This document shows, piece after piece, positions 1 through 8,466 of a DNA stretch of 64,000 nt (the first letter of the stretch is position 1; each line of letters begins with the position of its first letter). The notes below the pieces were generated by a model that did not search any database, had not been told where the DNA came from, and saw only the letters and a list, made by a program, of their open reading frames with translations. The translations under genes were made by a program, and so were the position numbers. The stretch lies in contig JAWXAY010000029.1 of assembly GCA_034439715.1 (NCBI GenBank), positions 96,001 to 160,000 on the forward strand, read 5' to 3'. The DNA is from Pseudomonadota bacterium. Its GTDB lineage: Bacteria > Bdellovibrionota > Bdellovibrionia > Bdellovibrionales > SG-bin7.

Positions 1-521
1 GGCATGTTAACGGCCACAAAGGCTTCTCGGTCAATAGGGACACGCACTTCTCCGTCGTCACCCTTATAATTTCCTTTGTAATCAAAGGGGGCCTCCACCG
101 TGCCAAAGCCACCAAAAATAAATTTTCCCGCAAGCTTTCTATTTCCCACTTGAACAATCTGCTCATAGAGCTGCTTAACTTCGCGTGCAAGCGTGCGCCG
201 CGTGTCTGTGTTGGTGCTAGCATCGTTGACTGCGCCTAAAACCAATTCTTTCACTCGCAAAAAAACGTCTCCCAGTTCACCCAGCGATTGCTCTGAGAAT
301 TCCAGATAAGATTTAGCGTGAGTAAGCACTTTTCCAAACTGAGTGTTATTCTGATCTTCTGTTTTATAAGATAAAACTCGAGCAGCCGACATCGGGTCAT
401 CCGAAGGTTTATTAACCCTTTTTTGCGATGAGGCTTTAGCCAAAGCATCATTAAGACCTGTACGACTCTTATGAAGTGAATCATTAATTTGGCCATAAAC
501 CATTTTATCAGAAACGCGCAT
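1..521 (-). CDS. flgL: Flagellar hook-associated protein 3 (partial, runs off window start)
   Basis: Manual translation from ATG 521: MRVSDKMVYGQINDSL...KRVNKPSDDP..., a flagellin-like N-terminus, directly after flgK; not in the ORF track because it is truncated. Confidence 0.92.
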   Translation of the reverse strand, partial: MRVSDKMVYGQINDSLHKSRTGLNDALAKASSQKRVNKPSDDPMSAARVLSYKTEDQNNTQFGKVLTHAKSYLEFSEQSLGELGDVFLRVKELVLGAVNDASTNTDTRRTLAREVKQLYEQIVQVGNRKLAGKFIFGGFGTVEAPFDYKGNYKGDDGEVRVPIDREAFVAVNM

Positions 522-534
522 TTCCTAAATCCTC

Positions 535-1959
535 TTATCTCTTCATTGCCAGTATCGTGTCAAACATCTCATCAGCTGTCTGAATTAATTTCGCCGAAGC
601 ATCAAATGTTTTTTGAAACTCAATCATCTTTGTCGCTTCTTCGTCGAGACTGACTCCACTGACACTGTCGCGAATGTTTTCTAATTGAGCGTGAATGTTC
701 TTCTGTGATTCCGCGCTACGATTAGCTTTTTCAGTGGCAATTCCCACTTTTCCCACAATAGAATTATAAAACTCATCATAAGTGGTAGTCCCCTGCTCCA
801 TGACTCTCTGTTGTTGCAGTTCACCGATCATATTGGCAATTCGATTATCTCCGGGAGCATTCGGCATTATTCCAGCTACAATACGTCCCGGATCTTTAGC
901 TACGGCAGCATCGAGACCCATATTTTGGGCCGCTTCTATTTTATTTTGTAGCGGTGCAAATAAAGCGCCCCCAGGATTGCTAAAGGCATCAAACCCTTGG
1001 CGATGGATGCCATTCACTCCATTGATAAAACTAAAAGCCAACTCGTCGACATCGTCGAGGAGACTATTAATCGCAACATCTCGAACTTCAAATATTCCAC
1101 CCAAGCTTCCATTTTTTATTTCTTTAGTGATGTTCATGGGATCTGCACCAACTGCTGGCTGAATAAAAATCGCATTTCTTATGCCTTCTCGGCCATTTTT
1201 ATTTTCAACTCGCCCAGAGGTGATTTCGTTAGAAGAGTTTCCAGATACTATAATTCCGGAATTTCCGACAGTGACAGAAATCATTCCGTTGCCAGCTTCG
1301 GTAACTCTCACGTTAGCCATTTCGCTCATCTTTTTTATTAACAGATCTCGGCGATCTCTTTGATCATTCGCCGGTGCTCCAGAAATTTCAATCGCCGCAA
1401 TTTTTTCGTTTAGCTGAGCTATTTCTTTTCCGAAGGCATTGATTTGCCCAACTTGCTGAGTCACTTGTTGATCCAGCTCACCTTGAATTGCCCTAAGGCT
1501 AGCCACCGCTTTAGCAAAATCTTTTGTCACAAATTTTGCGGTATCGCGAACCAGCGTTCGTGTGGCCGTACTTTCTGGATTCGTAGCCAGCTCTCTAAAG
1601 GAGTTAAAAAATTCTCCGATGGATTGGTTAAGGCCTTTATTCATCTGTTCGTTATAGATTTGCTCTACACGAGTCATAGCGTCAGATTTCGCCTGTTCAA
1701 ATCCCAGCTGAGTGCCTTCAAATCTTAATTGTTTTTCTAAGAATATATCATTGATTCGAGTCACAGAACTAGTTTTGGCTCCCATGCCAACTTGGTATCG
1801 GCCTTCGCTTATAGGAATATTTGTCTGAGTCTCTATGCGCTGCCGAGAGAACCCTTCCGTGGATTTATTAGCAATGTTGTGACCGACTGTTTGCAGCGCG
1901 GTTTGACTGTTCATCATGGCCCGCTTGCCCACATCCATCATCGAATTTATTTTGGCCAA
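535..1959 (-). CDS. flgK: Flagellar hook-associated protein 1
   Basis: GHNIAN..T.GFSRQR N-terminus and SVSGVSLDEE...FQK.F.ASAK C-terminus. Confidence 0.96.
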   Translation of the reverse strand: MAKINSMMDVGKRAMMNSQTALQTVGHNIANKSTEGFSRQRIETQTNIPISEGRYQVGMGAKTSSVTRINDIFLEKQLRFEGTQLGFEQAKSDAMTRVEQIYNEQMNKGLNQSIGEFFNSFRELATNPESTATRTLVRDTAKFVTKDFAKAVASLRAIQGELDQQVTQQVGQINAFGKEIAQLNEKIAAIEISGAPANDQRDRRDLLIKKMSEMANVRVTEAGNGMISVTVGNSGIIVSGNSSNEITSGRVENKNGREGIRNAIFIQPAVGADPMNITKEIKNGSLGGIFEVRDVAINSLLDDVDELAFSFINGVNGIHRQGFDAFSNPGGALFAPLQNKIEAAQNMGLDAAVAKDPGRIVAGIMPNAPGDNRIANMIGELQQQRVMEQGTTTYDEFYNSIVGKVGIATEKANRSAESQKNIHAQLENIRDSVSGVSLDEEATKMIEFQKTFDASAKLIQTADEMFDTILAMKR

Positions 1960-1962
1960 GTC

Positions 1963-2484
1963 TTAAGCCTCGCAACTAACAATCTTGCCTGCCACCCCTG
2001 TTTTCGAGAGATTTCCTTTTTTCTCGTAAACAGGTTTTCCAGCCAAAGAATCGCGAATCGCGCCAATGGCACCAGAAACATTCTTCAAAGCAGCATGAGC
2101 AAGCTGTTCGTTTTCTTTGTTTATCTCATTAAGTCTCTTTATTAAAAGATCTAAAACGGAATGTTGATTTCTTAAATGATTGCCTTCAGATGTCGACAAG
2201 CGCGACGCGATATCTAAAAGTCTGGGTTGTTCGTGGTCGGCCCCCACGGCCATCGCTAAGTCTTTAGCCACCTTCATTCGAGCATTTTCAAAAGTTCTAA
2301 GTTTTAAAAGAATGATCTCCTTGGCCTTGTTGTTTTCAGCCAATTTTTCAATATCCGCTTTAATTAATAGGTCTTTTTCGTTACGAATATTATCGAGGAG
2401 CATTCTATAAACTTTTATGAGATGCCCCATGCCGTCGGTCAATAAGGTGCAAAGACGTTTTTGATTCGGAGATAGTGTTTCCAT
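1963..2484 (-). CDS. flgN: Flagellar export chaperone FlgN
   Basis: Helical ~170 aa protein between flgM and flgK with C-terminal VYEKKG motif; start placed at ATG 2484, 8 nt after AAGGA (ORF track starts at 2493). Confidence 0.85.
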   Translation of the reverse strand: METLSPNQKRLCTLLTDGMGHLIKVYRMLLDNIRNEKDLLIKADIEKLAENNKAKEIILLKLRTFENARMKVAKDLAMAVGADHEQPRLLDIASRLSTSEGNHLRNQHSVLDLLIKRLNEINKENEQLAHAALKNVSGAIGAIRDSLAGKPVYEKKGNLSKTGVAGKIVSCEA

Positions 2485-2517
2485 TTTTCTCATCCTTGAA
2501 AATGGTTATTAACTGTA

Positions 2518-2850
2518 TTAGTCGCTAAACAAATGCTCAGACAGAATTTTATCTGCAAGTTCTTTTGAATCTATCGAATATTTACCGTCATCTATTAATT
2601 TTTGAAAATGAGCGACCTTGGCCTCATCAACGGCATTCATATTTGGTGTTGCCAACTCTTTTACTTTTAAAGTGTCTTGAGCTCGCTTAGAAATATCCAC
2701 GCGGGCATAGTCCCCACCCACATTATCGGTGGCCGCAGCGCCCTTGCCGTCTTTCTTATTTATGTTTATGCCCGAAGGTCCGACCTTACCTGATTTAGCC
2801 GAATCTTGAGACCCTAAAGAATCTCTAATTTTTGAGTTGTCCACTTTCAT
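2518..2850 (-). CDS. flgM: Anti-sigma-28 factor FlgM
   Basis: V.IS..AQ and VDEAKV..FQKLIDDGKYSIDSKELADKIL motifs; GGAGG SD before ATG 2850. Confidence 0.92.
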   Translation of the reverse strand: MKVDNSKIRDSLGSQDSAKSGKVGPSGININKKDGKGAAATDNVGGDYARVDISKRAQDTLKVKELATPNMNAVDEAKVAHFQKLIDDGKYSIDSKELADKILSEHLFSD

Positions 2851-2962
2851 ACGTTCCTCCCCCAAAAAACTTTAGAACCATTTAGTCATACCCTAAGGCC
2901 CAAAAGTTTCCAAGTTATCCTTACCTATTGTATCATACTGAGACAGAAAAAAGTTTAGGTTT

Positions 2963-3628
2963 TTAGCTGACCGGACTATAATTAATACTCCAGATCAGCG
3001 GTTTTTCAGCTGAAAAGCGACCAATTCTGTCACCGGGGGCCACTTTGGTGTCTGGCGGCAAACTGGAGACTGCTCCATTAAATGCTAGTGTCGATTGGGT
3101 TCCATTGTCGTGATCTAATTTTACAATACTAAGGCCCTCTGGACTTTGGAATGAAGACTGAACTTTTCCGGACCAGGGACTCAATATCTCCAAAGTTTTT
3201 TTGTCGAGCTCCTTATTGATGTAAAATGAGAACTGATCAACTTTGCCATCACCATTTTTTTTAATCTTTATATTTTGTTTTAAATCTTCTGGCAAAGGTC
3301 CCCGCGGTCTATCTAGTGGTTTTATATTCTTCATACCAAATTGGTTGCCATATCTTTCTTTAATTTGATTATAGATAAGATCTGATAAACCTACGCCACC
3401 CTTTCCGACCCACTGATCTACATACTCATCATCTAATTGGTTGCGAAAAATTTTTTCGCCCATTGAGGCCGGCATGAGCTCACTTTCACTGACAGTTTTT
3501 CTCATGGCACGCACCATTTCACGTAAAAATTGTGATTCATAAAGTTGGGCCGCTTTTAGCAACTTGGGATCTCGGGTGTCTTGCTGAGGCTGAGGCTGGG
3601 TTTTTGCTATTGAAGAAATGTCTCCCAT
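2963..3628 (-). CDS. flgJ: FlgJ rod-binding protein with degenerate C-terminal M23-like domain
   Basis: LLKAAQLYESQFLREMVRAMRKTV and GGVGLSDLIYNQI rod-binding motif; follows flgI. Confidence 0.88.
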   Translation of the reverse strand: MGDISSIAKTQPQPQQDTRDPKLLKAAQLYESQFLREMVRAMRKTVSESELMPASMGEKIFRNQLDDEYVDQWVGKGGVGLSDLIYNQIKERYGNQFGMKNIKPLDRPRGPLPEDLKQNIKIKKNGDGKVDQFSFYINKELDKKTLEILSPWSGKVQSSFQSPEGLSIVKLDHDNGTQSTLAFNGAVSSLPPDTKVAPGDRIGRFSAEKPLIWSINYSPVS

Positions 3629-3639
3629 CAGAGACACCC

Positions 3640-3855
3640 AGAAAAAAGAGGGGGAGTATGAGCTAGAGTTGTACGTGCATCCTGCACTTCACTCTTTAAT
3701 ACCGGTCTACTGCCAATACTTGGCTGGCGCTGAACCGTTGACTTTGTTTCCTGCGAGAAACTTTTGTCACCTAACCATCCTTGGTCACCAATCCCTAACC
3801 CATCATCCCCCGGATCCCAACACGTCCATGTGTCGGAAAAAATAACCGTTGATAT
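3640..3855 (-). ncRNA. Candidate structured CsrA/RsmA-binding RNA (CsrB/RsmZ-like sRNA or structured leader) between flgI and flgJ
   Basis: Hairpins CCGACAC-AUGGAC-GUGUUGG (3836-3817), UGACCA-AGGA-UGGUUA (3787-3772), GUGCA-GGA-UGCAC (3687-3675); ~20-bp closing stem 3811-3789 with 3671-3650, followed by U6. Confidence 0.6.
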
Positions 3856-3859
3856 CTTT

Positions 3860-3888
3860 ATTTTAATATTTTTTTGCTTCAATGCGAA
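3860..3888 (-). promoter_or_regulatory. Possible sigma70 promoter for the flgI-flgJ intergenic RNA
   Basis: TTCGCA-N17-TAAAAT just after the flgI stop; AT-rich context weakens the call. Confidence 0.35.
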
Positions 3889-3896
3889 ACAAATTT

Positions 3897-4901
3897 TCAT
3901 AAAATCTCTAAATCTCCCTGTAAAGCCCCGACCGCCTTGATGTTCTGAAGTATCGTGATCAGGTCTTTGGGAGAGACCCCTAGACCATTGAGCGACTTGA
4001 CAAGGCCTCCGACATTCGCATCGGGAGGAATGACCCCGACCCGTTCGGCATCTTGATCTTTCCCCTTTGCGACTTTTGCTCCACCAACTCTAACGCTTAA
4101 ATCTCCATGGCTTATGGCTACCTCACTAATTCTCACTCCTGATCCGATGACAACCGTTCCCGTTCTTTGATTAACCACAACCTTAGCTTTGACATCAGGA
4201 ACGACTTCAAGAGATTCAATCGTTGCTAACATCTCCACAACTTTTCCTTCAAATCTTTGGGGGACAATAACGTCAACCGTACCTGAATCTTTGGCGACTG
4301 CATATTTACCAGATAGATCACTATTAATGACTTTCACCATTCTTGCCGCCGTAGTAAAATCGGGGTTGTTAAGTGTCAGTCTAAACATTTTTCTTGAAGT
4401 AAAATCAGATGAGACGTCGCGTTCAATGATGGCGCCATTAGGAATTCTACCAACCGTATTGTGAGTGGCCCCACCACCTTCGCCGATTAAAACGGCTCCT
4501 TGCGCTACAGCATAAATTTCCTGATTAGCCGCTCTTAAGGGAGACTGGATGAGCGTGCCACCCTTTAAACTTGAGGAGTCGCCAACGGAGTTAACTGTAA
4601 TGTCAATATTGTTCCCCGCCCTCGCAAAGGAAGGGAGATTAGCTGTGATAATTACAGCAGCGACATTGGCGCTAGCGACTTCTTTGCCCGAAAGCTTCAT
4701 TCCCATTTTATCTAGCATTCGTGTGAAACTTTTTTCAGTAAACTCTGACTTCGAGTCACCTGTACCCGCAAGACCTACCACTAATCCATAGCCAACCAGT
4801 TGGTTTTCACGAACACCGCGAACATTGGCTATGTCTTTGAGGCGTACAGCCTGAGCTAAATCACACGAGATCATCAACAGTAAAAAATATATTTTTCTCA
4901 T
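3897..4901 (-). CDS. flgI: Flagellar P-ring protein
   Basis: RLKDIANVRGVRENQLVGYGLVVGLAGTGD signature. Confidence 0.97.
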   Translation of the reverse strand: MRKIYFLLLMISCDLAQAVRLKDIANVRGVRENQLVGYGLVVGLAGTGDSKSEFTEKSFTRMLDKMGMKLSGKEVASANVAAVIITANLPSFARAGNNIDITVNSVGDSSSLKGGTLIQSPLRAANQEIYAVAQGAVLIGEGGGATHNTVGRIPNGAIIERDVSSDFTSRKMFRLTLNNPDFTTAARMVKVINSDLSGKYAVAKDSGTVDVIVPQRFEGKVVEMLATIESLEVVPDVKAKVVVNQRTGTVVIGSGVRISEVAISHGDLSVRVGGAKVAKGKDQDAERVGVIPPDANVGGLVKSLNGLGVSPKDLITILQNIKAVGALQGDLEIL

Positions 4902-4903
4902 AA

Positions 4904-5710
4904 TTATAGGCCTCGCTTTACACTAACGACGTCAAAATTGGGCTCTAGAATAGCCTGAGAGCTCAGCCCGTCGTCATTAAAATCCTGTTCGCGCACAATT
5001 CCGGTTACAACGACGCGGTACTCTCGCTTGCCCAACATAAACGACTGGGTACCTTTTATTCGATAATTGCCATCAGGAAGTCTTTGGATAATTCTTGTCG
5101 GAACTAGTTCTAGGCCAAGATTGTTCTCATCCTTGTTGTTGTCGTCCTCATTTTTTGCAGTTGAGTTGTCTTTACCAGTATCTTTTTTATCCTTTGAATC
5201 TTTGGCGTCGGCCGTCTTATCTTTAGAGTCTTTGCTGTCTTTAGCATCTTTCTCCTTTTCTTTATCGTCGGCCTTACCGTCTTCGTCAGAGGCCAGTTTT
5301 CGCTGTGGAGCATCTATTTTTTTCAATAGCTTTTTAATAACAGTTACTTTGGAGTCCACTTGAGTGCGCCCCGAACCTTCAAGCTTTACATTTAAAAGGT
5401 CACCCACCAGACGAACTATGTTTTGCGAAAATAAATATGAACTTTGCCCTTCCATGATCCACAGCGAGCCTTCATTGGCTCCCACTCTAGCTTCACGTTC
5501 AAACTGATCCTTAGTCATTCTCGAATATTTACGTTGCTCACCTTTTTTGTAGTTGGGGTTATCGGCATAAGAAAATGGCTTTTGCGGACTCGCGTCTTCA
5601 ACAAAACCGTTGCCTCTCATTAAATTTTTAAGTTTCATGCCAAATCCCGCGCAGGCAGAGACCTGTAGAGAAATAATAATCAATATAAAAAGCTTTAAAC
5701 TTTTATTCAT
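4904..5710 (-). CDS. flgH: Flagellar L-ring lipoprotein with Lys/Asp-rich insertion
   Basis: Lipobox VSAC, GSLW, VGDLLNV, RLPDGNYRIKG, GIVR..D; lies between flgA and flgI. Confidence 0.88.
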   Translation of the reverse strand: MNKSLKLFILIIISLQVSACAGFGMKLKNLMRGNGFVEDASPQKPFSYADNPNYKKGEQRKYSRMTKDQFEREARVGANEGSLWIMEGQSSYLFSQNIVRLVGDLLNVKLEGSGRTQVDSKVTVIKKLLKKIDAPQRKLASDEDGKADDKEKEKDAKDSKDSKDKTADAKDSKDKKDTGKDNSTAKNEDDNNKDENNLGLELVPTRIIQRLPDGNYRIKGTQSFMLGKREYRVVVTGIVREQDFNDDGLSSQAILEPNFDVVSVKRGL

Positions 5711-6669
5711 TGGACTTTTACGACTCCTGGCTCCTTGACCACTGCAAAAATAATTGTTTGCGTGGTTGGGTTAATCACACGTATTGTATCGCCGACTTCG
5801 CCTTGCTCTTGGGCAACTCCCCGGAGCGTAATATCGTAGTAATCTGTTTCGTTAACTATTTTTACGGCTTGCCCTTGTTTAATTGCTATTTCTTTAACTA
5901 GGTCCCGCCGCCAAATAATGTCATTCACTCTTAAACCCCGGCTGACTTTTTTGCCAATCAGAGAATTAAAATCGGTGACACCATCGTCAGCAAATGTAAC
6001 TTCTCTTTTTTGATTTTGGTAATCACCAACTTGAAGTCTTTCACCAATATTAAGTGCTCGAGATGCGACTGGCACATTTCTTAATACTTGAATTTTTCCG
6101 CTAACCCAATAAATTTTGGGCAACCCTTGAAGTGAGGCAATTTTTAGCGGCAAAGAAAAACTTCCTCGAGGGAGCGTCTGGCCAATATGCTCGAGTGACC
6201 ATTTAGCATCCGCTTCGACATCGGCAATCCATGGGATTTGAATTCCTGAAATTTGAAATTCACAATCCTGGCAAATCTGGGAGTATTTTTGGACGATAGT
6301 GGCCTTAAGGTCTTCTTCGTCAAAGGCATATTTTGAGCGGTAAACATCTACGAGGCTCGGAACGATTAGTGAAATCTTTTGGCTCCACTTTTTTTCGAGA
6401 GCTGCTACTTGCTTTCGAATCATTCGGGTTAAAACAGAACCTTTTAATTTGATGGTTTGGCCCACACCGGGCGCGGGTCCCAGATCAATTTTTTGAAGTT
6501 CTTGAGCCTTTTCGGCATCGATATTTTTTAGTGTTACTCCGTTACCTAAATAAATTCGTGACTGGCTCTTAACGTTAATTCTTTTATTAACCGAAATTTC
6601 TGGCGCGTCATTAGCAAGCCCAATAACTCCCAAAAAAATAAAAAATAAGAACGTTAAAGCTCTAATCAC
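5707..6669 (-). CDS. flgA: P-ring formation chaperone FlgA
   Basis: C-terminal SAF domain VPVASRAL.IGE...G.A.EQGEVGDTIRVINP; operon position. Confidence 0.9.
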   Translation of the reverse strand: MIRALTFLFFIFLGVIGLANDAPEISVNKRINVKSQSRIYLGNGVTLKNIDAEKAQELQKIDLGPAPGVGQTIKLKGSVLTRMIRKQVAALEKKWSQKISLIVPSLVDVYRSKYAFDEEDLKATIVQKYSQICQDCEFQISGIQIPWIADVEADAKWSLEHIGQTLPRGSFSLPLKIASLQGLPKIYWVSGKIQVLRNVPVASRALNIGERLQVGDYQNQKREVTFADDGVTDFNSLIGKKVSRGLRVNDIIWRRDLVKEIAIKQGQAVKIVNETDYYDITLRGVAQEQGEVGDTIRVINPTTQTIIFAVVKEPGVVKVQ

Positions 6670-6672
6670 CTG

Positions 6673-7458
6673 TCACCTCAGCGAATTTATACTTTGAAGC
6701 ATTTGATCTGCGGCCTGTACAACTTTAGAATTTGTTTCGTACGCTCTCTGGGCCGAAATCATATTCACCATTTCATCAACAATGTTTACGTTGCTATTTT
6801 CAAGTTGGCCCTGCGAAATGTCGCCTACCCCATTCTCGCCAGGAATAGACTGTTGCGGCAGACCACTAGAGTTAGAGGGCATAAAGAGATTTCTGCCCAT
6901 AGCTCTTAGGCCCGCAGGATTGACAAAATTAACTATTTGGATTTGTCCGAGATTTTGTGGAGCTACGTTTTGGTCTAGGTAAGCCTCTACTATTCCCTTG
7001 TTGTTTACCGTAAGGGTTTTGGTGTTCACAGGAATGACTATTTCTGGCTGTAGAACATAGCCATTTTTATCGACAATGCGGCCCGACGAGTCTTTTTTAA
7101 AGGATCCATCACGTGTATAGGCGATTTGTCCGTTATCAGTTTCCACTGGAAAAAAACCATTACCATCGATTTGTAAATCGAGAGGATTATTAGTCAAGCG
7201 CGGCGTGCCACTTGTAAAATCCTTTTGAATAGAACTGGTTCGCACACCAAGGCCGGTCTGAATACCGGTAGGTGAAATCGTGTTGGCCCCTGTCGCAGAG
7301 CCTGGCTCCTTAATCGTTTGGTACATGAGGTCTTCGAATTCAGCGCGATGTTTTTTAAATCCTGTCGTACCGATGTTTGCCATATTGTGGGCAATGACAT
7401 CCATATTATCTTGCTGGGCGTTCATACCCGTGGCTGAAGTATTTAGCGCTTTAAGCAT
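6673..7458 (-). CDS. flgG: Flagellar distal rod protein
   Basis: ATGM.AQQ..MDVIAHNMANIGTTGFKK.RAEFEDLMYQ; LENSNVNIVDEMV. Confidence 0.96.
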   Translation of the reverse strand: MLKALNTSATGMNAQQDNMDVIAHNMANIGTTGFKKHRAEFEDLMYQTIKEPGSATGANTISPTGIQTGLGVRTSSIQKDFTSGTPRLTNNPLDLQIDGNGFFPVETDNGQIAYTRDGSFKKDSSGRIVDKNGYVLQPEIVIPVNTKTLTVNNKGIVEAYLDQNVAPQNLGQIQIVNFVNPAGLRAMGRNLFMPSNSSGLPQQSIPGENGVGDISQGQLENSNVNIVDEMVNMISAQRAYETNSKVVQAADQMLQSINSLR

Positions 7459-7479
7459 TCATCCTCCCCAAAAACATAA

Positions 7480-8292
7480 CTAACCTCTGCTAACTCTCGG
7501 AACGTCATTGGTGAGCTTTTCATCTATTTGATCATAGGCCTTGATTGCCCTTTGATTAGATTCAAAAACCCTTGTCGCCCCAATCATGTCTGTCATTTCT
7601 TGTACAATATTTACGTTGCTGGCCTCCAAAAATCCCTGATGAATTTTAGTTTCATTGGCGGGGGTCATGTTGACGTTATAATTTGGTCGCAGATTGTATA
7701 AAGTCATACCCTCTTTTGCCAATGCGTCTTTTTGGTCAACATTAATAACTGAGAGTTTGCCGAGGCTATCGCTGCCATCGAAAACTTCGCCATTGTAAGC
7801 CACAGTTACATTGGAGCCTTTTAGGTTAATTATTCTTTGTGCCGGATCTCCCGCACCTGCTTTTAACACCGGAAAGCCTGATGACGAAATGAGATTGCCC
7901 TGATTATCAATTTTAAAATTTCCCGATCTCGTAAAACGAGGTCCACCGGGAGTTAAGACTTCAAAAAAACCATCACCCTCAATCGCGACATCTAACTTAT
8001 TGCCGGTAGACATTAACGAACCTTGCGAGAAGTCTGACGACACTGAATTGGCATCAACGTAGCCGCGATCGACTCCTTGCATATCATAGAAACTTTCGAT
8101 GGACGCGGGCACTCGAGGGATTTGCATGACATCTGGTTGTTTTTCTAACGCCGTTAAATACTCTTTAAATTGAATGTTGTCTTTTTTAAATCCGGCCGTA
8201 TTGGCGTTCGCAATATTATTGGCAATTGTGTCTAGCCTTTGGTTTTGGGCAATAGCTCCGCTCAACGCTGCATAGATGCCTTTTGAACTCAT
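7480..8292 (-). CDS. flgF: Flagellar proximal rod protein
   Basis: ANNIANANTAGFKKD, FTRSGNF, QGFLEASNVN; directly upstream of flgG. Confidence 0.92.
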   Translation of the reverse strand: MSSKGIYAALSGAIAQNQRLDTIANNIANANTAGFKKDNIQFKEYLTALEKQPDVMQIPRVPASIESFYDMQGVDRGYVDANSVSSDFSQGSLMSTGNKLDVAIEGDGFFEVLTPGGPRFTRSGNFKIDNQGNLISSSGFPVLKAGAGDPAQRIINLKGSNVTVAYNGEVFDGSDSLGKLSVINVDQKDALAKEGMTLYNLRPNYNVNMTPANETKIHQGFLEASNVNIVQEMTDMIGATRVFESNQRAIKAYDQIDEKLTNDVPRVSRG

Positions 8293-8315
8293 GCTTCCAC
8301 CTCAACAAGATATGG

Positions 8316-8332
8316 AGCAATGCACATGCCAA
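8316..8332 (-). promoter_or_regulatory. Sigma54 (-24/-12) promoter of the flgF operon
   Basis: TTGGCATG-TGCA-TTGCT with exact GG-N10-GC spacing, 23 bp upstream of the flgF ATG. Confidence 0.8.
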
Positions 8333-8394
8333 TTTAATTTACAGGACCTAGGTGGGTGTTTGATATGTTTTTAGTCTGTTTCAGTGGTTATAGA

Positions 8395-8410
8395 CGCCAA
8401 AATCCTGACG
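8395..8410. promoter_or_regulatory. Possible enhancer site for a FleQ/FlrA-type sigma54 activator
   Basis: CGCCA-AAATCC-TGACG, a one-mismatch GTCA-N6-TGAC palindrome about 65 bp upstream of the -24 element. Confidence 0.35.
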
Positions 8411-8466
8411 GTCTGTCAAAAAAACTTGTCTCGACCGCGACCCACTTTTAACTGATAATTAAACCT

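Noticed and set aside
3650..3811. c-di-GMP-I riboswitch or 6S RNA as the identity of the intergenic RNA
   Set aside because: No GNRA tetraloop/receptor or GGCAAA..GCAAAG core; the fold is multibranched rather than the 6S rod with a central bubble. An Rfam scan is still needed.
3831..3860. Sigma28 promoter (TAAAG...CCGACA) for the intergenic RNA
   Set aside because: Spacing from TAAA to CCGA is 20 nt rather than 16, and CCGACA is part of hairpin H0.
3628..3900. 90-aa ORF between flgI and flgJ, and the antisense 75-aa ORF
   Set aside because: No recognisable protein features, and dense RNA stems with G-U pairs explain the sequence better. Its ATG overlaps the flgI stop, so a translated leader peptide is not fully excluded.
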